A program made the translations under genes and the position numbers. This document shows positions 27,766 through 40,311 of a stretch of 64,000 bases of DNA, piece by piece; positions within the stretch are counted from its first letter, which is position 1, and the number at the start of each line of letters is the position of its first letter. The stretch is from the human T2T-CHM13v2.0 reference genome, Homo sapiens. Below the pieces are notes generated by a model. It ran no database searches. It was not told where the DNA came from and worked only from the letters and a program-made list of their open reading frames with translations. The DNA is taken from NCBI RefSeq assembly GCF_009914755.1, contig NC_060926.1; one strand, 5' to 3'.

Positions 27766-29303
27766 GAGGAAGCAATCCACTTTGCCTGCTGTATTCATGC
27801 AGAACCACAGACTTCGGGGTTTGATTCTTCTTAGTGTTATGGAACGGCTCCCTCAATTACATTTCCAGGGCTGACGGAAGGCAACTTCACTGCCCCGAGT
27901 TCTTTGAGGCTGTCAGTGTCAGCATGGGTATGAAAAGATGGAAAAGATGGATGGTTCCCCATTTCCACAAACGAATTGAAGCAGCTGTTGTCAGACAGAG
28001 GTCAGATGAACAGCTATGACATCACCAAGATCCCCACTGACAGCCAGAAATCCCAGTTCCAGGCTGAATGAGCCCTTGCGGGGCCCCAGCACAGGGCTGG
28101 AGGTAAATGGACAGCGCCCGAGTTGCAGGAGGCAGGCAGAGCCCCTGCCCTCAAGTAGGCACGCAGGGAGAAAGTTCCCATAGGTCCAGCCCAGGGATCA
28201 AAGGCAGGCAGGCGTCTCTGCAAAGGAGGGAGCTGGGGCTGGGGGAGGGTGGACCAGGGAGGCTCCCACGATGACTGCGTGATAAATGGGTGCTTCCTAT
28301 CTTTCCCTTCCCTGAAGCCGTGGGAGGCCCCTTCTTTCTCAGTAGTTTAAACTAATTGTCAAAATGGGGTAAATTAGGGCCAGTAATGAGATTAATAAAT
28401 GCCTTTTGCGGGGCAGTAGCTTTGCTTGGAAGCACTCTGGGTGTGAAGTGTTCTCCTACATTTCCTGCTGTTCCTCCATTTTTGACAACAATGGAGTGAA
28501 ACTGTCCATTTGAAATCGAACAACTTGTTTGTATGTGGACTTTAGGTTCAGAATGATGACTTGTTGTGTTGTTGAGAAAATTCACGTCTTTGTGGTTTGA
28601 TATTTGTGATTTGATATTTGTGCCGTGGTGTAGCACGTTGAGCGAATGCAAAGTTTTGAGTATGTTAATCGCCCTCTCCCCTCCCTCCCCCAGCCCAGAG
28701 GAAACTGTGGCTGGAGCGTGGTGGTCTCTGTTTTGGGGGGTTTGTCCATGCAAGAACCCTTTTACTGACTGGGAGGTCGAGGAGCAGCTCAGCTCTGGCA
28801 GCCTCCATGGGGGAGGGGAGTCTTGTTCACTGAATTCCACAGGCTTGGTGTCACCTAAGTCACCTGTGCATGCCTCGACCTGCCTGTTCCTGCCCAGCTG
28901 CCCCTGGAGGTACAGAGCACCAGCGGGAGCAGCAGCCCGTGGGGACCAGGAGAGGACGGTCTTTGTCTCCACTTATGGAAAAGGGCCCAAGACCCAGAAA
29001 AGCCCAACCCAGCCTGGCAGTTGAGGCTGCCCACTGCCTGCTCCCAGCTGGTCTTAGAACCTCATTTTCTAAGGTTCCCTGTTCCCCCACCATTGCCCCA
29101 GCCCCTATCCCGGCAAGAGCAGGCAACCTGAGCTTGGGGTACCGTGCATGCTCTTGTTTCTTTGAGGGCCCTTTCTCCTTCTTCCTTTCTCATTCAAATG
29201 CTACCTATGTCCAAGGATTCCATGTCGCTTGGCTTCCCCAAAGCCTTTCCTGCCTCCACGTGGTCTCTTTTCTGCTCTTTCATAGCATTTGCATTAGGGT
29301 ACA

Positions 29304-30568
29304 TGGAGTGGGTTGAGTGTTATCCCCCAAAATTCATGCCCACATGGAGCCTCAGAATGTGACCTTATTTGGAAATAGGGTCTTTGTAGTTGTGATTAGT
29401 TAAGAAATCAGTGATAATGAAGTCATACTGGATTAGGGTGGGGTCAAAACCCAGTGACTGGGGTTATAAGAGAGAACTCACCGAGACACACACAGGTAAT
29501 AAGGCCACTTGAAGACAGAGGCAGACAGCATCACTAATGATCAGGGAAATGCAAATCAAAACCACAATGCGACGTCACCTCACTCCTGCATGAAAGGCCA
29601 TAATCAAAAAGTCAAAAAATGATAGATGTTGCCGTGGATGTGGTGTACAGGGAACACTTACATGGCTGGTGGGAATGTAAACTAGTACAGCCGCTGTGGA
29701 AAACAGTGTGGAGATTCCTTAAAGAACTGAAAGTATAATAGAACTGCCATTTGATCCAACAATCCCACTACCGGGTATCTACCCAGAGGAAAAGAGGTCA
29801 TTATACGAAAAAGATACTTGCACACGCATGTTTACAGCAGCACAGTTTGCAATTGCAAAAATATGGAGCCAGTCCAAGTGCTTATCAATCAATGAGTGGA
29901 TAAAGAATTGTGATTTTTATATGTGTGTGGGTATATGTGTATATATATGTGTATACATACACACATACCCACACACACACACACACACACACAACATGGA
30001 ATACTACTTAGCCATAACAAGGAATGAAATAATGGCATTTGTAGCAACCTGGATGGAATTGGAGACCATTATTCTAAGTGAAGTAACTCAGGAATGGAAA
30101 ACCAAATATCGTATGTTCTCACTCATAACTGGGAGCTAAGCTATGAGGATACAAAGGTATAAGAATGACACAATGGACTTTGGGGATTTGGGGAAAGGGT
30201 GGGAGGGGGATGAGGGATAAAAGACTACACATTGGGTAGCGTGTATACCGCTCAGGTGATGGGTGCACCAAGATCTCAGAAATCACCACTAAAGAATTTA
30301 TTCATGTAACCAAATACTACCTGTTTCTCAAAAACCTATTGAAATAAAAAATAAACAAATAAATATTAACAACAACAACAACAAAGACAGAGGCAGAGAC
30401 TGGAGTGGTGCATCTACAAACCCAACCAGAAGCTGGAAGAAGCATGAAACAGATTCTCCCTGAAAGCCTCCAGAAGGAACGGCCTCCAGAACAGAAAGGA
30501 AATAAACACCCAATGTCTTAAGCCACCCAATCTGCTGTACTTCACTACAGCCCTAGGAAATTAACACA
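29304..30568 (+). mobile_element. MLT1C-like LTR split by an L1PB1 insertion
   Basis: CTCAGAATGTGACCTTATTTGGAAATAGGGTCTTTG at the 5' side; GCCCTAGGAAATTAACACA at the 3' end. Confidence 0.85.
29526..30383 (+). mobile_element. 5'-truncated L1PB1-like element
   Basis: ORF2 C-terminus remnant (ORF 29828-30139); 3'UTR GATGGGTGCACCAAGATCTCAGAAATCACCACTAAAGAA; TSD AAGACAGAGGCAGA at 29512-29525 and 30384-30397; internal TA/CA microsatellite at about 29917-29993. Confidence 0.92.
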
Positions 30569-31537
30569 GCACTGATTGCCAGTTTCCCCCTATACATGGT
30601 CCACAGTGCCTGATGTGTGGAGCAAAGCAGGGGGCCGTCTATGAACATTTATGAAATGATTGAGAGAAATAATTCATCCAATTACAGCATGTTCCAAAGA
30701 CCCACAGCAATTAGTGAAGGCAAAGAGCAGGGTTGGTTTTTCCTTGCAAAGGGAGCCTCTGAACTGGTATTCTGAGCCTCCCCAGGCCTCCCCAGGCCTC
30801 CACCAGGCTCCCATGCTGTCCCTGTCATTGTTCCGTGCTGTAGGAGGCTCTGTGGAACCAGATAACATGTGTAAAAGCGGCATGGGTTTCTAGAAGGGCT
30901 CCAGGGTCTTGCTCCATGACAACAGAATATGGGTCAAGGTCAGGAAGCACCTGTTTTTCCTCTGCCCTAGCCTGGCAAGGGGGTTGTGACCCCACTCAGG
31001 ACCTGAGGGCTTCTCTCAGGGACCCCTAGATAAAGGGGAGGGCTTCTACCACCCTGGAAAAGGAGGTAAGAAAGCAAGAGAAATTAATTAACCATTTCCC
31101 AAATGTGTCTAACATCTAAAAATTTGCCGTGGCCAAAAGCACTGAAAAGCCCATCATTGCTTTTTATTTCAGCGTTGTTTTTAGAGAGGAGAAGTACCAT
31201 GCAGCACAGAGGCTGACTCCGTCACTCAGGGGACAGGTAGGTGTTAGCATCTTCATGACGTATACGGCACTTCCCTGAGGTATTACAGTCCCCAAGACAG
31301 GTGTTGTACGACTTACGACACTGTTCTTGGCACCAGATTCCAGAAGGGCAGCTGCAGAAAAAAAGTGCTCCATAATGTAAAAGTGGACATGTGTGATTAC
31401 TAGTGGCAGACCTCAAATTCTTTCCCTTCATGAAACCTGCAACCTTCTGAGGTTTAACTGAATCACTGTGACTTCCTCCCTGGTCTGTTTGTTGACGTTT
31501 CCCTCTAAGAATGTCAGCACCAGAAAAAGGTCTTAGA

Positions 31538-31827
<290 letters not shown>

Positions 31828-31935
31828 TTAGATGGCACCTGGTCCAGCCCACACATTTTGCAGTGATTCTGGAATGGCACTCTTTTCTTCCATGGTGAGC
31901 TTTTCCTTCCCTTGGGAGAGCTGTGCCTCACACTC

Positions 31936-32427
31936 AGTCAGGGTTCTCTAGAGGGACAGAACTAATAGGATAAATAATAGAGTCAGGGTTCTCTAGAGGG
32001 ACAGCACTAATAGGATAGATACATACATAACAGAGAGTTTATTAAGTATTAACTCACACGATCACAAGGTCCCACAATAGGCCATCTGCAAGCTGAGGAG
32101 CAAGCAGAGCCAGTCCGAGTCCCAAAACTGAAGAACTTGGAGTCCGATGTTCAAGGGCAGGAAGCATCCAGCACGGGAGAAAGGTGTAGGCTGGGAGGGT
32201 GGGAGGGTGGCCAGTCTAGTCTTTTCACATTTTTCTGCTTGCTTTATCTTCTAGCCTCCCTGGCAGCTGATTAAATGATACCCACCCAGATTAAGGGTGG
32301 GTCTGTCTTTCCCAGCCCACTGACTCAAATATTAATCTCCTTTGGCAACACCCTGACAGACACACCCAGGATCAATACTCTGCATCCTTCAATCCAATCA
32401 AGTTGACAGTCAGCATTAACCATCACA
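31936..32427 (-). mobile_element. MLT2A1-like (HERVL) solo LTR with terminal duplication
   Basis: AGTCAGGGTTCTCTAGAGGGACAGAACTAATAGGATA (twice); AACTCACACGATCACAAGGTCCCACAATAGG; ends ATTAACCATCACA; TSD CTCAG. Confidence 0.92.
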
Positions 32428-32499
32428 CTCAGCAAATCACACCTGTCAGTTACTGTCATCTGTAGTGATAAAACAGAAAGTTCTCCTCATTTGTATGTC

Positions 32500-33286
32500 T
32501 GTGGCAGATTGAAGATGACCACAAATTCTTTGACTCTTCTCCATTGAGAAGGGGATTGAGGAGGGGCTCCATGTCCTCTCCCTTGGTCCCAGGTGGCTCC
32601 ATGACTTCCTGACCAGGGATTGTGACAGAAGTAGCACTGTCTCATTTCCAGGCTCAGGCCTTCAGAGATGGGCAGCTCCATTTCCTATCTCTTACAACAC
32701 TTACCACTGGATTCCAGCCACCCAGCTACCAGAAGCCCAAGCCACAGGGAGAGGCCATTTACAGACAGCCTCTGACTTACAATGGTTCAAGTTAACAATA
32801 TTTCAACATTGCAATAGTGTGAAAGCCATGCCCATTCAATAGAAACCTTATTTTGAATTTTGACCTTTTCCCAGGCTAGCAATCTGCAGCATGATTCTCT
32901 TGTATTGAGCCACAGCTCGCAGTCAGCCATGAGACCACCAGGGTAAACAACCAATGCTCTACAGTGCACTGTGTTACCAGATGATTTTTGCCTAGCTGTA
33001 GGCTAATGTAAGCATTCCAAGCACATTTAGGATAGACTAGGCTCAGCTATGATGTTTGGTAGGTTACGTGTAATAAATGCATTTTCCACTTATATTTTCA
33101 ACTTACAATGGATTTGTTAGGATGTCACTCCGTCATAAGTCAAGGAGCATCTGTAAAGATGCTCACGATCCCAGCTGACAATCAGCATCATCTGCTAGCC
33201 GAATGAGTGCACCATTTTGGATGTCCAGTATAATTGAGCCTGTAGCATTAGAGTGATTTGTTATGCAGCACTAGATAACCTGAACA
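32500..33286 (+). mobile_element. MLT1H-like LTR interrupted by MER47
   Basis: TGTGGCAGATTGAAGATGACCACAAATTCTTTGAC...TTTGTTATGCAGCACTAGATAACCTGAACA. Confidence 0.8.
32762..33153 (+). mobile_element. MER47B-like TcMar-Tigger MITE
   Basis: TIRs CAGACAGCCTCTGACTTAC / ATAAGTCAAGGAGCATCTG; TA target duplication. Confidence 0.85.
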
Positions 33287-33349
33287 AGGCCAGTTCCCAC
33301 ACCCTCCATCCTAGAATCTCAGAACTCAAAGAAGTCTTAGGGGTTATGT

Positions 33350-33530
33350 CTTCATTCAACAAATATCTACTGAGCACTTGCTATGACCAAAGAAATGTTC
33401 CAGACAGTAAAAATTCAGCACTGAACAGAACAAACAAGATCTCTGTTCTCACAAAATTTATAGTCTAGCGTGGAGTAGAGGGGGAGAGAAAATATAAATG
33501 ATAGGTGCTATGCAGAGAATTAAAAGAGAG
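33350..33530 (-). mobile_element. L2 3' end
   Basis: TTCATTCAACAAATATCTACTGAGCACTTGCTATG. Confidence 0.75.
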
Positions 33531-33578
33531 AAATAAATGCAACCTTGAATTATATCAGTTTTTATTTTATTTTCTTTC

Positions 33579-33645
33579 CTTTTTTTTTTCTTTATGAGAC
33601 AGGGTCTCACTCTATTTCCCAGGCTGGAGTCCAGTGATACAATCA
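33579..33645 (-). mobile_element. Short Alu 3' fragment
   Basis: Poly-T then GAGACAGGGTCTCACTCT...CCCAGGCTGGAGT. Confidence 0.8.
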
Positions 33646-33812
33646 GAGATTTTTTTATTATTATTATTATTAGTATTGCTACTTTCTAGCTACAACTGCT
33701 AGCTTCCATTCTCTTAATATTTATCTGGTGTATCGTTTTCTAGCTCTTAAATTTTAAACGTTTTGGGTGAGCTCATGTTTTATCTTGTGAACAACATATA
33801 TTTGGATTATGC

Positions 33813-33813
33813 T

Positions 33814-33856
<43 letters not shown>

Positions 33857-34139
33857 TTTTGAGATGGAGTCTTGCTCTGTCGCCCAGGCTGGAGTGCAGT
33901 GATGCAGTCTGGCTCACTGCAACCTCCACCTCTCAGATTCAAATGATTCTCCTGCCTCAGCCTCCCAAGTAGCTGGGACTGCAGGTGCATGCCACCACAC
34001 CCAGCTAATTTTTGTATTTTTAGTAGAAACGGGATTTCACTATGTTGGTCAGGCTGGCCTTGAACTCCTGACCTTGTGATCTGCCCACCTCGGCCTCTCA
34101 ACATGCTGGAATTACAGGCATGAGCCACAGTGCCCAGCC
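33813..34139 (-). mobile_element. AluSg-like with (TTTA)n STR tail
   Basis: About 11 TTTA units at 33813-33858; TSD GGATTATGC. Confidence 0.95.
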
Positions 34140-34599
34140 GGATTATGCATCTTTTAATAGCTGCATTCACACATTCATGTTTGCTCTAATTAGACATATT
34201 TTGAACTTGTTTCTTCCTGATTGTTCTCTATTATTTAACCATGTTTTTTATTTTATTCTCAATAATTGAATCTCTTCTACATCATCTTCAAGTTTCTCTC
34301 CAAACCTAGCTTCTGCTTAAATATATACAATTTAAGGGCACCAACCTTAGATAGCTAATAGATATTATGTAGGTAAATAATCAAATTCCCCTTAATTTCC
34401 ACCTAGGGATCTTCATGCTGTATCCCCATAGAACGAGTCCCATCTATTATCTACCTGACAACATTGCAGATATTTGACATGTCCAGCATGTTCCTCCTCT
34501 CCTAGGTCTTCTCTCTATAATGCCTTCCATTCCTTCATCACTCTTCCTCCAGGACAGTGTTTCGAGAACTATTACTTCACTTTGCTCTCCCCCCTTTAA

Positions 34600-34945
34600 A
34601 ATGTGGTGCTCACATCTGAAGAATTAGCCCCACAGTAATCTGATCTGTCCCAAGAGAAAATGAGATTGTTCCCTCTCTCGTTTTAGACAAAATCCCGTCA
34701 TTGCCCGAGCTAAGCTGGCATTGACTCCTGGAAGCCAACACACACACAGTGACTCACAGCAAACGCACAGGCAACCAAAGCCTCGGCATCTTCTTCCTGC
34801 TGAGAAGCCGCATCTCCTCCATCTTACGTTTCACAGCTGAATCATCTTAACGCAAATACCCAACTGTACAATTATCCCCAATCAGACGTCATCTTTTTAC
34901 AGTCAGTCCACTGCTCCAGGCTGTCAAGATATTTTTGGATTTTTA
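34600..34945 (-). mobile_element. CR1/L3 LINE relic
   Basis: CTCCTCCATCTTACG...CAGCTGA...CAATTATCCC...CTGCTCCAGGCTGTCAAGATATTTTTGGAT resembles the antisense L3 RT 3' region as recalled. Confidence 0.55.
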
Positions 34946-35122
34946 CCAATATTGTGTTACCCACAGAAGTAAATGTTTTCTTTGTTCAGATTTTCTCTCT
35001 ACAATTTCCTTGGCTTCAGTCCAATAATTCTTTATATTCCATTTCTTATGTACAAGAACTATAGTCATATCTATAGGCAATTTGTGGAGAGGATGAAAGA
35101 GTGAGGTAGAAAGTTGCCCCCA

Positions 35123-35420
<298 letters not shown>

Positions 35421-35735
35421 AGGTGCCCTCAAAGAACTTGCACATGACCCCTCTCTGAGCTCAGTAAAACTGTCACACAGTGCATGTGAATGGTCAACCC
35501 CAGGAACAAACCAAGAGGTTGCTAATGTGTGACAGAAAAGTCTGGGGACACTCAGAGACCAACTGAGAAAAATCTCAGGAAGGTAGGATTACATTGTGAT
35601 TGGCATGTAATAAGCAGAAATCTATGCATTTGTGTCATAGCATGCTTATAGAAAAAAGGAGTTTGTCAGCAATAGCAGTATGGCAAGAAATGCAGGTTCT
35701 TAGAACAAAGGTTGTTGGCATCTTAGATTCAATCA

Positions 35736-36124
35736 TGGCATGGGCTGAATTGTGCCCCCCCCCCATTTATATGCTAAAGTCCTAACCCCCAGTACCTCAA
35801 AATGTGACTGTATTTGGAGATAGGGTCTTTAAAGAGGTAATTAAGATTAAATGAGGCCATTGGGTTGGATCTTAACGCAATATGACTGGTGTCCTTATAA
35901 GAAGGGAAGATTAGGACACAGACACGCACCCAGGGGAGACCATGTAAAGTCACAGGGAGAGGACATCATCTGCAAGCCAAGGAGAGAGGACTCAGGAGAA
36001 ACCAGCCCTGCCAACACCTTGACATTGGACTTCCAGCCTCCAGCATTGTGAGAAAATTAATGTCTGTTGTTTATGCCACCCTGCCCACGGTAGTTTGTTA
36101 AGGCCACCCAAGAAAACTAATATA
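35736..36124 (+). mobile_element. MLT1B-like solo LTR
   Basis: GGGCTGAATTGTG...AAGTCCTAACCCCCAGTACCTCAAAATGTGACTGTATTTGGAGATAGGG...GGACTTCCAGCCTCCAG. Confidence 0.88.
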
Positions 36125-36563
36125 GACCCTACCAACATGTGTGGTAACCCTCCCCTGAGGCCACCTTCCTGAGACCAACAGCTTCCCTTGTGCTGACTCT
36201 ATGCTCCCAGGAAACCATCTGCCTACGGCATCCCCTGAGGCAGGCACAGGTAGGAGAACACACTTGTTGGGCTGCCCCAAGCATTTATTGTGCAGGCACG
36301 TTTCACCCAACTCTTAACAAACCAGCATAAGGTTTGTTAACATATGTGCACATGCATGCAGGTACAGTGGGTGCACCTATGTGTGTCTGCATCCCACAGC
36401 CTTCACTACAGGTAGAGACATGCACCAGCCTTGGAGAGACAAGCACATCTGCCTCTAAGGAAACTTCACCCCTAGGTGCATTGGCAAAATTGAGTTTCTG
36501 AAGAAGCCAAGTTGAGGGTAAGCCCAGGACATTAGTGAACAAGCCAAAATTCACTTGCCATTT

Positions 36564-37091
36564 TGTTACCGACCACTGGTTCTTGGGCTCTCAATGCCAT
36601 AGAATTTGACATGAGGCCAAAAAAGTTTTCCCAGACAGGATTTTATTGGAGCTGACTCCTGGACATAATGAGGGCAGCATGAGAGGGAGAGAGAATTCCC
36701 TGACTGACTTTCCAGAAAGAGTCAGTAGGGCTTTTTTATTAGGCAACACTCAGGAATTGACATCAGGAGTAGGGTATGCAGGCTGGCTGGGCAAAGCACG
36801 TGAGGGGTAGGGGATGCAGGTCAGCATTATCTGGCTGCCGTGGTTCTCTTGAGCAATGGGCCACCTGGTAGTCTGGCCTGCAGCAACAAGGCTATAAATC
36901 GATTGTTTAGCATTCCTTCCCAGGACAGGACACTACCGACCTTGGTTATCTCCTAAGGCCAGTTCCTGGAATTCTTTAAGTAAAAGGCACAGTTAAACAT
37001 TATGGTGTCCGTGAGATATTGGTGTGGGTTTTGTGAGCAATGGGAATGCTCTACTGGAGGTGAGCTGAAGCCAAGCCCCGTCTCTGTCTCA
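36564..37091 (-). mobile_element. ERV1 solo LTR (MER66-like)
   Basis: TG...CA termini; reverse complement begins TGAGACAGAGACGGGGCTTGGCTTCAGCTCACC and contains CTTTTACTTAAAGAATTCCAGGAACTGGCCTTAGGAGATA; near-TSD ATTT/ATGT. Confidence 0.7.
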
Positions 37092-37822
37092 ATGTTATGG
37101 GACTATCTAAGTGGCCAGAAGGCGACGTACCAGCAAATCTTTCATCTCATCACCTGTGAACTTGGAATTGCAATAGCACTAATACAACCTAGAAGCTTTG
37201 TTTGTTTTTTAAAAGCAGAAACATGTGACAATTTAAGAATTCAGATGAGCCTAAAGAAAGAAAGGAAGGGCTCATGATCTGTGGACTGTGGCTCAGTATC
37301 TGGATCTAGACTGAGTCTTGCCTGTGACTGCATGTGATTGGCTCAGCACGAGAATCTCCTAGTGACAAGGCTTCTGGGTGAAAAAAGGGGTCTTATACAT
37401 TTGGTACTTCCTTGTTTTACACAATGAGCTAGTGGTACAATTGAGATCAGAACCTAGGCGCAACACTTTCTCCACTGGTTTCTCTCGATGTCTGGGTGCT
37501 AGCAAGGAAAGTCATGAGACTCGAAAGGTCACAACGAGGAGGTCATGTGATCAGCACAGGGCCTGATCTAAGGGCCTTCAAGGGACATAAGGTAGTCTCT
37601 ACCGGTTAAAACCTCGAGGTCCCTTCCTGGGCTCCTCCCTCCCTCTGGTCCTTTCTGAACTGATGCTCCAGGAAACGTGGCAAAATGCAAGAATAATCCT
37701 AGCGATCTCATTGCCCACCATCCCTGTTTAGACACACCCAAGACCCTCCAAGCGTTTCCACCCCTTCTCCATGGTCTGTAGGGTCCTACATGATCTGGCC
37801 CATAGGCAGACACTTTCGCCTC

Positions 37823-38127
37823 ACAGGCCCAGGCATAAGGGCCTCCACTCCCCATGGTCCCCCATTATCATAGAGACTGGCAGGCACAAGGGTCTCTACT
37901 CCCCATGGCCCCCCACCACAGAGCCCTGCAGGCATGAGGGCCTCCACTCCTCACAGCCCCCTACCCCACAGCCCTGCAGACACAAGGGTCTCCACTCCAC
38001 ATGGTCCCCCACCACACAGCCCTGCAGGAATGAAAGCCTCCACTCCCCATGCCCCCGCAACCACACAGCCCTGCAGGAATGAGGGCCTCCCCTCCCCATT
38101 GACTCCCCTACCACACAGCCCTGCAGA
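37823..38127. repeat. 48-bp GC-rich minisatellite, about 6 diverged copies
   Basis: CTGCAG at 37926, 37974, 38022, 38071 and 38121; consensus CAGCCCTGCAGGCATGAGGGCCTCCACTCCCCATGGTCCCCCACCACA. Confidence 0.93.
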
Positions 38128-38888
38128 TGGCTTGCTCACCCTCAGCCCAGACTCCTCCTCAAGGCAATTCCTCCTGCTCCCTGCCACCACTTGCCCACAG
38201 AAGCCTTCCAGGCATGGTCAGATTCCTCAGTTCCCTGCCGAGGGAGAACCACACTCCTTTCTAGAGCCTGCTCCTGAGTCTGTATTTAAGATGCATCCAT
38301 GTGACAGGTAAGCGACTGGCTCCCCCAACTAGACAGTGAGACCCGGGACAGATGCAGAGCGGACCCTGCACAAAGTCATCCTTCATCGATATTGACTCAG
38401 TGAGACAGTTGCCACAACAGCCCTCACGGTGGGCCCTGGAATAAACAGATCAGAAGCAGCCCTTTCCCACTGACTTTAGACACAGTTTCCTCCGGATGAT
38501 TTTCTTTTTTCTTCAACAGCTGTGGTTAGAAGCATTGTATCAGTCCTCTAACAAAAGTTAGGACATTCAGAAGCAGGTGTGAGTAACAACAGCATCAATG
38601 CTAACAGCCTGATGGTAAGAAAAACAATATTAAAACAAGGAAAAAAAGGGCAAAATTATTATCTTGGTGGCTTAAGATTGTCGTTGGAAACAGCACACAA
38701 TCATGTCCTCAGGACTCCTGGTGGTGTGAAGATGTTTGTCCCTACACTGAATGCCCAGTGGCTGAGGTTTTTCTCATAAGTCAAATTATTACTCATGTAT
38801 TCTCACCTTAAAAACAGACAACATAGATATTCTGGAAATATTTCCCCCTGAAATCATGACAATGTTTTGCTGCTTCCATGATCTGGAA

Positions 38889-39041
38889 CAGGAATTGGCA
38901 AGCTCTTTCTCTGTGGGCTAAATGAAAACAGCCATAAACAACACTATGTAAATAGACGTGGCCGTGTTCCCAATAAAACTTTATTTACAAAATTGGGAAG
39001 TGGGCCAGGTTTGGTCCCTGGTTATCATTTTCTGACCCCCA
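38889..39041 (+). mobile_element. MER58A-like hAT MITE, internally deleted
   Basis: CAGGAATTGGCAA...GTGGCCGTGTTCCCAATAAAACTTTATTTACAAAA...GGGCCAGGTTTGG. Confidence 0.8.
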
Positions 39042-39969
39042 TCTAGACCATTCATACTGAGGAGCTCCTCACTTACTGACAATGTGAGATGAATGAGCAA
39101 CAAGACGTCTTAGTCTCCGGAACAGACATCATCTCAAGCACTTCGGGTGGTAAAGAGCCATAGCTGTCACCTCATCAACTCTGTCTTGGGCTAGCCCCTT
39201 TCCTCTGCACTCTTCAGGAGCTGGGGGTGAGGTTTGACCCCTCTCTACCCTGAACCGTGTCCTCCAGCACTGTCAGACCACGTAGGGTCCTCGTGAACCA
39301 TTTGGATGAGAATGTGCATGCTGCAAAGTCCGTCCCCTCCCAGAGGAACCCCTAGACCAATGAATGGTATTATTAATGAGTCTCACTGCCTAATGAAGAG
39401 CATTGCTCAGCTCTTAATAATACTGCTGATTGAAGCCAAGACCCTAGTCAAACAAAAGAAGCTTGTTTTGTCACTTTTAACTATGGGCATTAGTTTAAAA
39501 GAAGGATTCTTTCACAGAATGGTGATATAAAATACTCCTGCGCAAACAAATTCTTCATATTTACCTTTGTGAGTCCTCCAGCTATATTTTTGTCATTTGC
39601 CTGGATAAACCCTCCTCCTTCTCCTTTTCTCTCCCTCTCTTTAAACTTCAAGCATCATTGCCAAGCCTAACAAGTGGTTAACACTAGAGTTAATTACCAT
39701 AAATTAATTGCCATTCTAAATAGTCAGTTCTGGAAATGACTCCAGTGGCCATGAAATTTAGACTTGAGCAAGGCTCATCAAGGCTGTGTTTTACGAGAGT
39801 ATCAGAGGATCTGAGGCTGGCATCAGCACATGAGCATGGCTGGGCAATGTTCCCCTTTTGTACTCCCTGCTTGAAGATACAGTGAAGTAGTCTGTGCTTT
39901 AGCGACAGAGAAAACATTGCAAACAGAGAGAATTGCAAGGAGAAGCCATTTTCTCTTAAAGAACATGAA

Positions 39970-40311
<342 letters not shown>

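Noticed and set aside
28352-28972. 206-aa minus-strand ORF in unique DNA
   Set aside because: No recognisable family or motif, overlapped by similar-length ORFs on the other strand; not supportable without homology or ribosome data.
37823-38127. Regularly spaced repeats as a CRISPR-like array
   Set aside because: Whole units are homologous, there are no unique spacers, and the context is eukaryotic.
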